In this document: positions 45,767 through 53,456 of the stretch, piece after piece
Numbering within the stretch: position 1 is the first letter of the stretch
Layout: the number at the start of each line of letters is the position of its first letter
Source of the DNA: an uncultured delta proteobacterium
GTDB taxonomy: Bacteria; Desulfobacterota; Binatia; HRBIN30; BPIQ01
Assembly (NCBI GenBank): GCA_963761335.1
Contig: CAVXGR010000015.1
Location: forward strand, 288,001-352,000
Direction: 5' to 3'
DNA length: 64,000 bases
The notes under the pieces: model-generated
What the model saw: the letters and a program-made list of their open reading frames with translations, nothing else
Database searches by the model: none
Told to the model about the DNA's origin: nothing
Position numbers and translations under genes: made by a program

Positions 45767-45863
45767 TGAAACCCCCGGCAGTGGGAACGGAGCGCGCCCG
45801 CGCTGAAGAAGCGCCCTGGCAGTTCAAAGGGACATCGGCAGAGCGCCGGCGCGGTGCTTCCGC

Positions 45864-46289
45864 TCAGTACCTGACCTGGTAGAGCAGGTAGTAGATCAGC
45901 CAGCCGCTGCCGGCGACGTACAGCCAGATGGGCAGCGTGATGCGCGCGAAGCGGCGGTGCGTGCGGTAGTCGCGTTTCCACAGCGCCAGGTAGATGAGCC
46001 AGACCGCGAGCGGTCCGAGCATCATGGCGAAGATAATGTGGGGAACGAGGTTGGTGAAGTAGATCACCTTCCAGCCGCCGGTGCCGGTGAAGTGCTTCGA
46101 CCCGTAGAGGGACCAGCGGGTGACGTAGAACACCAGGAACAGCCCCGCCATCGTCGTCGCCGTGAGCATGGCGTTGCGGTGGCGGCGCATGTCGCGCACC
46201 CAGCGGATGAAGTACCAGCCGATCAGCAGGCTGACGCCGCTGAGCACGATGCAGGCGGTGCTGATTGCCGTTAGAGTCTGTAGCGACAT
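45864..46289 (-). CDS. DUF420 family membrane protein
   Basis: HRNAM, FLVFY, PHIIFA, HRRFAR, PIWLYVAGSGWLIYYLLY. Confidence 0.85.
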   Translation of the reverse strand: MSLQTLTAISTACIVLSGVSLLIGWYFIRWVRDMRRHRNAMLTATTMAGLFLVFYVTRWSLYGSKHFTGTGGWKVIYFTNLVPHIIFAMMLGPLAVWLIYLALWKRDYRTHRRFARITLPIWLYVAGSGWLIYYLLYQVRY

Positions 46290-46342
46290 CGCCAGTAGAC
46301 TGATCGATTGCGGCGGGCAACTCAATAACCCGACAACCTGAT

Positions 46343-47716
46343 TCAGGCGCGGCGCAGGTGCCAGGCGCGCGGCTGGAGGAAGGTGCGGATGCCATGGGTC
46401 GAGAGGGTCACGCCGACGCCGGAGTGGCCGCGGCCGGACCAGGGCAGTCGCGGGCTGACGCGGTCGCAGCAGTTCCAGTAGGAGGTGCCGCTGCGCACCT
46501 GGCGGAGGATCGTCTCGGCGCGTTGGCGGTCGGGTGTGTAGACGCCGGCGGTGAGGCCGTACGCGGTGTCGTTCATGAGGGCGATCGCTTCGGCGTCGCC
46601 GCCGACCTTCTGGATGCCGATCACGGGGCCAAAGCTCTCGGCGCGCATCACCTCCATGCGGTGGTCGACGTCGACCAGTACCGTCGGCTCGAAGAAGTTG
46701 CCGGGGCCGTCGGCGCGATGGCCGCCGCAGAGGAGACGGGCGCCGTGCGCCAGGGCGTCCCGCACCTGCGCCTCGAGGACCTCGACCTGCGCGGCACGCG
46801 CCAGCGGGCCGATGTAGGTCGCCTCGTCGCGCGGATCGCCGCGGCGAAAGCCGCGCACCTGCGCGGTGAAAGCCTCGACGAAGGGATCGAAGAGGTCGCG
46901 GTGGACGTAGATGCGCTCCACGGCGCAGCAGCTCTGGCCGGTGTTGTAGAAGGCGCCGTCGGCGGCCGATGCCGCAGCGCTCTCCACCGTGGCGTCGTCA
47001 CAGACGTAGAGCGGATCCTTGCCGCCGAGCTCCAGCTGCAGGTGCAACATGCGTTCGGCGACGGCGGCGGCGATGGCGCGGCCGGTGGCGTACGAGCCGG
47101 TGAAGAAGATGCCGTCGATTCGCTGGCGCAGCAGCTCGGCTCCGGCGCTGCCGTCGCCGATCACGGCGATCATGCAGTCCTCCGGGACACCGGCCTCGTG
47201 CAGCAGGCGAGTGATGGCCAGGCCGCTGAGCGAGGCGTACTCGGAGGGCTTGTAGAGGACGCAGTTACCGGTGAGCAGGGCCGGGACGAAGACGTTGCTG
47301 CCGACGAAGTAGGGATAGTTCCAGGCGGAGATGTTGGCGATCGTTCCCAGGGGCTCGTGGGAGATGCGCTCCTCCATGGCGTCCTCGCGCAGGACCACTT
47401 CGTCGGCGATGACCGCGGCGGTGTGCTCGAGGAAGAAGCGCACGCGCCCGGCGGTGCCGCCGATCTCGGCACGCGCCTGCGACACCGGCTTGCCCATCTC
47501 CGCGGTGAGCGTCTCTGCCAGTGACTCGCGCTGCTCGAGGAGCGCGTCGGCGAAACGCGCGAGGGCGGCGAGGCGCTCCTCGAGCGGTCGCGCCGCCCAT
47601 GCCGGCTGCGCCGCCCGGGCGCGCCCTACCTTGGCGGCGACGGCCGCTGCGGTGTCGGCCTCCAGCCGATCGATCTCGGCGCCGGTCGCCGGGTTGACTA
47701 CGCGGATATGGTTCAC
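46343..47716 (-). CDS. NAD(P)-dependent aldehyde dehydrogenase
   Basis: VNPATG, AWNYP, FTGS, LELGGKDP, GQSCC, ESFGP, YGLTAGV; GTG start at 47716 inferred. Confidence 0.93.
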   Translation of the reverse strand: MNHIRVVNPATGAEIDRLEADTAAAVAAKVGRARAAQPAWAARPLEERLAALARFADALLEQRESLAETLTAEMGKPVSQARAEIGGTAGRVRFFLEHTAAVIADEVVLREDAMEERISHEPLGTIANISAWNYPYFVGSNVFVPALLTGNCVLYKPSEYASLSGLAITRLLHEAGVPEDCMIAVIGDGSAGAELLRQRIDGIFFTGSYATGRAIAAAVAERMLHLQLELGGKDPLYVCDDATVESAAASAADGAFYNTGQSCCAVERIYVHRDLFDPFVEAFTAQVRGFRRGDPRDEATYIGPLARAAQVEVLEAQVRDALAHGARLLCGGHRADGPGNFFEPTVLVDVDHRMEVMRAESFGPVIGIQKVGGDAEAIALMNDTAYGLTAGVYTPDRQRAETILRQVRSGTSYWNCCDRVSPRLPWSGRGHSGVGVTLSTHGIRTFLQPRAWHLRRA

Positions 47717-47820
47717 GGGTTCAGGAGTTCTCGGGTTCACGAGTTACTGATTCCTCCCCTCAACACCCAACACCCAACACCCAACACCTCAACCCGATAA
47801 CCCGCCAACCCGATAGCCAT
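47710..47820. repeat. Short tandem repeats: degenerate 8-mers and CAACACC x4 (47761-47788)
   Basis: Directly visible periodic sequence. Confidence 0.75.
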
Positions 47821-47823
47821 CTC

Positions 47824-48924
47824 TCAATGCATCTCCTCCATCAACCAGGCGGCGGTGTCTTCCGGAAGGTCGGGGATCCGACTCATGAACTCCTCGACGT
47901 CCTCGCCGATGAGGCTGCCGCTCAGGTTCTCGCGCAGGAACTCGTGATACCTGCGGGCGACGCGCTCACTGAGGAGCCCGCAGCGCCGCAGGGTGGGGAT
48001 GACGAAGCCCTGCACTGGGCCGAGTCGCCGGCCCTTCTTCATTCCGGCGGTGAGCTGCGGCATCTCCGCCCGGGTGCAGTTGATCAGCTCGACGGCGTCG
48101 ATGCCCACCTCGGTCCAGATCTGCAGGACCGTGCTGAGCAACGCCTGCTGGTTGCGATTGTCGACCAGAGTGCGCGCCGCCTCGAGGGCGAAGTCCTCCA
48201 GCTCGGCGCGGGCGCGGTCGTCGAGGCAGGGAACGCAGCGCTCGATGTACTGTACGCCGTAGGCGTGGTGGCGCGACTCGTCGCGGGCGACATAGGTGAG
48301 CAGATCCTTGAGGAGCGGCTCCTGGGTGAGGTTGCGCATCTCGCGGAAGCTGTAGAGCGCGAGCCCCTCGACGACGATCTGCATGCCGACGAGCTTCTTC
48401 ATCCAGCTGTCGGTCTCCAGGGTGGCATCGAGGATGCGCTTGAGAGGCGGGGCAATCGGGCGGATCTGGTCGAGCTTGTCGATGTAGCGGGCGAAGACCT
48501 CGACGTGGCGCGCCTCGTCCATCGTCTGGGTGGCGGCGTAGAACTTGGCGTCGGTGTGGGGCACGGCGTTGACGAGCTGCGCGGCGACCATGAGCGCGCC
48601 CTGCTCGCCGTGCAGGAAGTTGCTCAGGCGGAAGGCGGCGGTGCGGCGCGTCAGCTCCCACACCGTCTCCTCGCTGAACGACTTCCAGTACGACGTCTGC
48701 TCGATGGGAATGGCGGTGCCGAGCGGCGTCGTGGAGAACTTCTGCTGGTCGATCGGCCGGTCCCATTCGATGTCCCGCTCCCCCACCCACTGTGCCTCGG
48801 CGGCCTTCACGTACAAGCGGCGGAGCTCTTCGACCTCGGGGTCGTAGTTCCACTGGTAGATGACCTTCATGGCCGTCTCCATGCCGGGCTCCTGCGTCGG
48901 AGTGGTGACGTCGAAATCGCTCAT
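47824..48924 (-). CDS. Ferritin-like diiron protein (AurF-like), paralog 1
   Basis: FLHGEQGAL, QTMDEARHVEVF, GMQIVVEGLAL, DESRH. Confidence 0.85.
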   Translation of the reverse strand: MSDFDVTTPTQEPGMETAMKVIYQWNYDPEVEELRRLYVKAAEAQWVGERDIEWDRPIDQQKFSTTPLGTAIPIEQTSYWKSFSEETVWELTRRTAAFRLSNFLHGEQGALMVAAQLVNAVPHTDAKFYAATQTMDEARHVEVFARYIDKLDQIRPIAPPLKRILDATLETDSWMKKLVGMQIVVEGLALYSFREMRNLTQEPLLKDLLTYVARDESRHHAYGVQYIERCVPCLDDRARAELEDFALEAARTLVDNRNQQALLSTVLQIWTEVGIDAVELINCTRAEMPQLTAGMKKGRRLGPVQGFVIPTLRRCGLLSERVARRYHEFLRENLSGSLIGEDVEEFMSRIPDLPEDTAAWLMEEMH

Positions 48925-49700
48925 GGCTCTTCTCCTCGGGGATTGCGGTGACCGACTTCGCTCGCCGGCCGCGATTCGTCGGGCGTCTCGGCTTCGCCGA
49001 GCAGGCGGATGACTCGGTGGAGGTTGTTGATCGCTTCGTCCGGGCGGCCGGCGTCGATTGCGGCCAGGCAGGCGTCGATGATGGTAACCGTATGGGCGGG
49101 ATCGCGGCGCAGGCGGTGGCGCATCTCGCGCATGGGCGGCGAGGCGAGCAGGTCGCGCGAGCGCCGCGCCAGCATCTGCCAGACGCGGTTGCGGGTCATG
49201 TCGGCAAGCACGACGATGACCTCGCGCGCCGCCGCAAAGCGCGCCTCGCGCTCCAGCCCGGTGTCGGCGATGCGGTTGCGCAGGGTGTGCATCGCCGCCA
49301 GCTCCTCCGGTCGCATGCGCGCAATCGCCAGGCGCGCCATCTCATAGAGCAGTGGCATCATGACCTCGCGCAGCTCGGCGAGCATGGCGGCGTCGAGGTG
49401 GCCGCGGCGGAAGACCATGGGTGCCAGCACCGAGAGCGATGCCTCGGTGAGTGGCTGCACGCGGGCTCCGTCGCCGTGGCGCACCGACACCAGGCCGAGG
49501 CCCTCGAGGACCTTGATGGCCTCGCGAACCGAGGTTCGGTTCACCTGGAACTCGACGGCGAGCTCGCGCTCCGGAGGCAGCTTCTCCCCCTCGCGCATGC
49601 GCCCATCGAGAATGGCATCGCGCAGCTGCTCGGCAACCGCTTCGTGCAGACGCCGGCGCAGAGGCGGCCGGAACGGCACCACTCGGGAGGACACGACCAT
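48921..49700 (-). CDS. GntR/FadR family transcriptional regulator
   Basis: GEKLPPERELAVEFQVNRTSVREAIKVL wHTH plus FCD-like C-terminus; ATGA overlap with the diiron gene. Confidence 0.9.
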   Translation of the reverse strand: MVVSSRVVPFRPPLRRRLHEAVAEQLRDAILDGRMREGEKLPPERELAVEFQVNRTSVREAIKVLEGLGLVSVRHGDGARVQPLTEASLSVLAPMVFRRGHLDAAMLAELREVMMPLLYEMARLAIARMRPEELAAMHTLRNRIADTGLEREARFAAAREVIVVLADMTRNRVWQMLARRSRDLLASPPMREMRHRLRRDPAHTVTIIDACLAAIDAGRPDEAINNLHRVIRLLGEAETPDESRPASEVGHRNPRGEEP

Positions 49701-49706
49701 CGGAAT

Positions 49707-49743
49707 ATTGGTCAGGTTATCCAGTGGTCCGACCAATTGTCAA
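49707..49743 (-). promoter_or_regulatory. Sigma70 promoter overlapped by a FadR-type operator
   Basis: Minus strand TTGACA (49743-49738), 18-bp spacer, TAACCT (49719-49714); palindrome TGGTCCGACCA (49725-49735) in the spacer; extra half-site ATTGGTC at 49707. Confidence 0.8.
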
Positions 49744-49804
49744 CTGGGAGCGCGGCCATCCTGGCCGCACCGCAGAGGCGGCCAGGATGGCCGCGCTCCC
49801 AGGT

Positions 49805-50092
49805 CTACAGCCGCCGGCACTCCGCCTTGGACGGCGGCGTGCGGGTGCAGGCGAGGGTGTCGGTCACCCCGGAGGCGAGGAGGGCGCAGGCGTTGTCGGT
49901 GGCCGAACGCAATCCCTCCTGCTCGGTCTTGCCGGTCACCGTGCGACAGGCTTGGCGGCCGTCGAACGAGATGCACACCTCGCACTCGTAGTCGCTGACG
50001 TGCAGGCTCGAGTAGACGACCACGGCGATCACCGGCAGCAGCACGACGACCGCCGCGATCGCATTGCGGTGACGGCGCTTCTTCTTCGGCAA
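49805..50092 (-). CDS. Small membrane-anchored Cys-rich hypothetical protein
   Basis: Basic N-terminus, TM segment, six Cys in the exported part; 19 bp downstream of ilvB. Confidence 0.65.
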   Translation of the reverse strand: MPKKKRRHRNAIAAVVVLLPVIAVVVYSSLHVSDYECEVCISFDGRQACRTVTGKTEQEGLRSATDNACALLASGVTDTLACTRTPPSKAECRRL

Positions 50093-50111
50093 GGTCCGCG
50101 GCGCCCCGTGA

Positions 50112-51989
50112 TCAGAAGTAGGCGTCCGGCTCTTCGGTCTTGGTGGTGGGCTGATCGCGGCTGGGTATGTACTTGCCGGTGATCATGTCCTTGTATCCCA
50201 TGCCCGGGCCGATCATCGGGTACACGTGCGCCGACTGGTCCACCATCACCTCGAGGAACGCCGGCCCGGGGTAGCGGACGAACTCCTCGAGGCGCGGCAT
50301 CACCTCGCCGTTCTCGACGGCGCGTTTGGCGAAGCCGAAGCCGTCTGCCTCCGCCGCCTTGACGAAGTCCTTCTTGTGCAGCGTCTTGTCGGTTCCCGAG
50401 TAGCGGTTGGCGTAGAAGAGATCCTGCCACTGGCGGACCATGCCGTCGCCCATGTTGTTGAGCAGCAGAACCTTGACGGGAATGTCGTAGTTGGTGAGCG
50501 TCTCCATCTCCCCGAGATTCATGCGGATGCTGCCGTCTCCGTCGACATCGATCACCAGCTTGCCGGGGTTCGCCAGCTGCGCGCCGATGGCGGCGGGCAG
50601 GCCGAAGCCCATGGTGCCCATGCTCCCCGAGGTGAGAAAGGTGCGGGGATGGACGAAATCGAGGTACTGGGCCGCCCACATCTGGTGCTGGCCGACGCCG
50701 GTGGTGACGATCGCCTCGCCGCCGGTGATGCGGTTCAGGCTCTCCAGCACGTACTCCGACTGGATCAGCTTGCTGTCGCGGTTGTAGCTGAGCGGATGAG
50801 CGCTGCGCAGCTGCCGCACGTGCGCGTGCCAGGCGCTGAAGTCCTTCTTGAAGCCCGCGCCGCCCTCGAGCAGCTGCGTCAGCCCGCGCTTGGCGTCGGC
50901 GACGTGCGCCCAGTCGAAGTTCTTCACCTTGCCGATCTCCGAGGCATCGACGTCGAGGTGCGCGATCACCGCGTGGGGCGCGAACTCCTTCACCTTGCCG
51001 GCCACCCGATCGTCGAAGCGCGAGCCGACCGCAAAGAGGAAATCACAATCCTCGACGGTGTAGTTCGCGAAGGCGGTGCCGTGCATGCCGAGCATGCGCA
51101 GCGACAGGTCGTCGCGGGTGTCGAGGGCGCCGATGCCCATCAGCGTGGTGACCACGGGGATGCCGAAGCGCTTCGAGAAGGCGCGCAGCTCGGCCGCGGC
51201 GTTGGAGTTGTTGACGCCGCCGCCGGCGTAGATGAGCGGGCGCTCCGAGGCGGCCAGCAGGCGGAAGAAGTCGTCGATCTCGGCCGCCGACATGGTGCGC
51301 GCGTCGAGCTCGTGCAGGCGCTCGTCGTAGCCGCGCAGCGGCAGGTGCCCGGATCCGTGGAAGACGCCCTCCGAGAGCTGCACGTCGCGGGGGATGTCGA
51401 CCACCACCGGGCCCGGGCGGCCGCTCCGGGCGATGGCGAAGGCGCTGCGGATGGTCGCCTCGGTCTTGCTCTCGTCGGTGAGCAGGAAGACGTGCTTGGC
51501 GCAGGCTGCCATGATGTTGAACACCGGCGCCTCCTGGAAGGCGTCGGTTCCCATGGCGGCGCGCGGCACCTGTCCGGTGATCAGCACCACCGGTACGGAG
51601 TCGGCCTGGCAGTCGCGGATCGGCGTGACCGTGTTGGTGGCCCCGGGGCCCGAGGTGACCACGAAGACGCCGACGCGGCCGCTCGAGCGGGCGTACCCCG
51701 CTGCCATGAATCCCGCGCCCTGCTCGGTGGCGGGCACGATCAGGCGGATCTCGTCCTCGCTGGCGTGCCCGGCGTTGTAGCGAAAGATGGCGTCATAGGT
51801 GGGCAGGATGGCGCCGCCGCTGTAGCCGAAGACGGTGTTCACCCCCTCGTCGGCCAGCACCTGCAGGATCATGTCGGCGCCGTTCATGCGGGTGCCGGCG
51901 AGCGGATGCGCCCGAGCGCCTTCAGCCGCTCGCGGCGAAGGCGGCCCCTGGCCGCGATTTCGCTGAGATTTCATCGATATCGCCATCAA
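50112..51989 (-). CDS. ilvB: Acetolactate synthase large subunit (biosynthetic type)
   Basis: FGYSGGAILP, EQGAGFMA, TSGPGATN, GTDAFQE, MLGMHG, GSRFDDRV, GVGQHQMW, GDGS...LNN; true start may be ~51887. Confidence 0.92.
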   Translation of the reverse strand: MMAISMKSQRNRGQGPPSPRAAEGARAHPLAGTRMNGADMILQVLADEGVNTVFGYSGGAILPTYDAIFRYNAGHASEDEIRLIVPATEQGAGFMAAGYARSSGRVGVFVVTSGPGATNTVTPIRDCQADSVPVVLITGQVPRAAMGTDAFQEAPVFNIMAACAKHVFLLTDESKTEATIRSAFAIARSGRPGPVVVDIPRDVQLSEGVFHGSGHLPLRGYDERLHELDARTMSAAEIDDFFRLLAASERPLIYAGGGVNNSNAAAELRAFSKRFGIPVVTTLMGIGALDTRDDLSLRMLGMHGTAFANYTVEDCDFLFAVGSRFDDRVAGKVKEFAPHAVIAHLDVDASEIGKVKNFDWAHVADAKRGLTQLLEGGAGFKKDFSAWHAHVRQLRSAHPLSYNRDSKLIQSEYVLESLNRITGGEAIVTTGVGQHQMWAAQYLDFVHPRTFLTSGSMGTMGFGLPAAIGAQLANPGKLVIDVDGDGSIRMNLGEMETLTNYDIPVKVLLLNNMGDGMVRQWQDLFYANRYSGTDKTLHKKDFVKAAEADGFGFAKRAVENGEVMPRLEEFVRYPGPAFLEVMVDQSAHVYPMIGPGMGYKDMITGKYIPSRDQPTTKTEEPDAYF

Positions 51990-52050
51990 CTGGTCCTAGC
52001 TCTTTCTGGGAATCGCCGCAACGGAGCGGGTGGCGCATGGCGCATGGGGC

Positions 52051-52199
52051 GGTGGTTCGGTATCTCGGTGGCTCGGTTAGCTGGTTACCGGGTTTTCGAG
52101 TTGTCGAGCTAAAGCCCGCCGACAGGATCCGAACCCGATAATCCGACAACCCGGCAACCAATCCGCCGAGCCACCGAGCCACCGAGATACCGAGATACG
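52051..52199. repeat. Inverted arrays of degenerate 8-mer repeats (CTCGGTGG / CCACCGAG)
   Basis: cggtatctcggtggctcggt is complementary to accgagccaccgagataccg; same family at 63477-63553. Confidence 0.8.
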
Positions 52200-52205
52200 T
52201 CTTAC

Positions 52206-53231
52206 TCAGTTGAGTCCGATGGCGCGGTCCTGCTCTTCCGGATCGAAGTCCTCGAACTGGATGATCTCGAGTCGTTCGAAGGCCTGGCGGACGCGCGGCG
52301 TGAGCAGGCCGAGGCGCTTGATGTTGGGAACGACGCGGGCGAAGAGGGCCTGGCGGAACATCTTCATGACCGGCGAGGCGAGGACGACCTGGCGCACCTC
52401 TTCCCGGTCGAAGCCCATGTAGGCGCCGATCTCCTCGGCGATCAACCGATCGCGCATCAGCTCACAGGCCTCGATGACGAAGTCCTCGCGGACGCGCCGC
52501 TCGTTGTCGGGCATGTCGGTGTAGTAGTCCTTGAGCGAGATGACGCCGAAAGCGACGTGGCGCGACTCGTCCTTCATGACGTAGTGCACCAGGTTCTTCA
52601 CCAGCGGCTCCTGCGCCATCTGGTACATGTTGGCGAAGGCCGCCATGGCCAGCCCCTCGACGAGGATCTGCATACCCAGGTATTTGAAGTCCCAGCGCCG
52701 ATCGCAGATGATGATGTCGAGCAGCTTCTTCAGGTTGACGTTGATCGGCCACTCCCACTCGAGCTTCTCGCGCAGGTAGCGGCTGAAGACCTCGACGTGG
52801 CGCGCCTCGTCCATCGTCTGCGTGGCGGCGTAGTACTTGGCGTCGATCCACGGCACCGCGCCGGCCAGCTGCGAGGCGACGATCAGCGCTCCCTGCTCGC
52901 CGTGCATGAACTGCGACAGCTGCCAGGCCATGGTGGCGTGGCGGAAGTGGGCGACCTCCGTGGCGTTGAGCTTCTTGAAGGGACCGTACTCCTCGAGCGG
53001 ATTGTAAGCCTGCGGAATGATCTCCCCTTCGGGGTCGACCGGGATGCTCCAGTCGAGCTGTACGGAGCCGTTCCACTGCTCGCGTTTGGCCTTCTCGTAC
53101 AGGTCGCGCAGCCCCGCCTTGACACTGCCGTAGTTCCACGCGTAGCTGGTGTCGAACGACGTCAGGATGGTTTCGAGCTCGGCGTCGACGTGACCGACCC
53201 GTTTCCCGGTTACCGCGCTGGCGGTGGCCAT
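52206..53231 (-). CDS. Ferritin-like diiron protein (AurF-like), paralog 2
   Basis: FMHGEQGAL, QTMDEARHVEVF, GMQILVEGLAM, DESRHVAFG; GAGGAGG RBS before MATASA. Confidence 0.87.
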   Translation of the reverse strand: MATASAVTGKRVGHVDAELETILTSFDTSYAWNYGSVKAGLRDLYEKAKREQWNGSVQLDWSIPVDPEGEIIPQAYNPLEEYGPFKKLNATEVAHFRHATMAWQLSQFMHGEQGALIVASQLAGAVPWIDAKYYAATQTMDEARHVEVFSRYLREKLEWEWPINVNLKKLLDIIICDRRWDFKYLGMQILVEGLAMAAFANMYQMAQEPLVKNLVHYVMKDESRHVAFGVISLKDYYTDMPDNERRVREDFVIEACELMRDRLIAEEIGAYMGFDREEVRQVVLASPVMKMFRQALFARVVPNIKRLGLLTPRVRQAFERLEIIQFEDFDPEEQDRAIGLN

Positions 53232-53320
53232 GGGTTCTTCCCTCCTCGCCCCGTGGGGCCTCTCGGCAATTTGTGCGACGGTAATCTGCCACCGTGCTCC
53301 AGTCAATTGAAGGACCTCTT

Positions 53321-53408
53321 GGAGTGCGGGAGCTTGCTCCCGCTTTTGCCCGCTCTCGGCCGCCCGTCTCTCTCGCCGGGCAAAAGCGGCGGCAAGCCAC
53401 CGCACTCC
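53321..53408. repeat. REP-like doublet GGAGTGCGG...CCGCACTCC
   Basis: ggagtgcgggagcttgctcccgcttt and aaagcggcggcaagccaccgcactcc are imperfect inverted arms, each an internal hairpin. Confidence 0.75.
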
Positions 53409-53456
53409 ACACTATTGCCCTGCTCCGACTCCGAAAGGCAAAAGTAGCCTGTCCCC

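Noticed and set aside
51986..52200. Attenuator leader peptide upstream of ilvB
   Set aside because: The short ORF abutting the start is not rich in Ile/Leu/Val, the hairpins are explained by the octamer repeat family, and there is no U-tract terminator.
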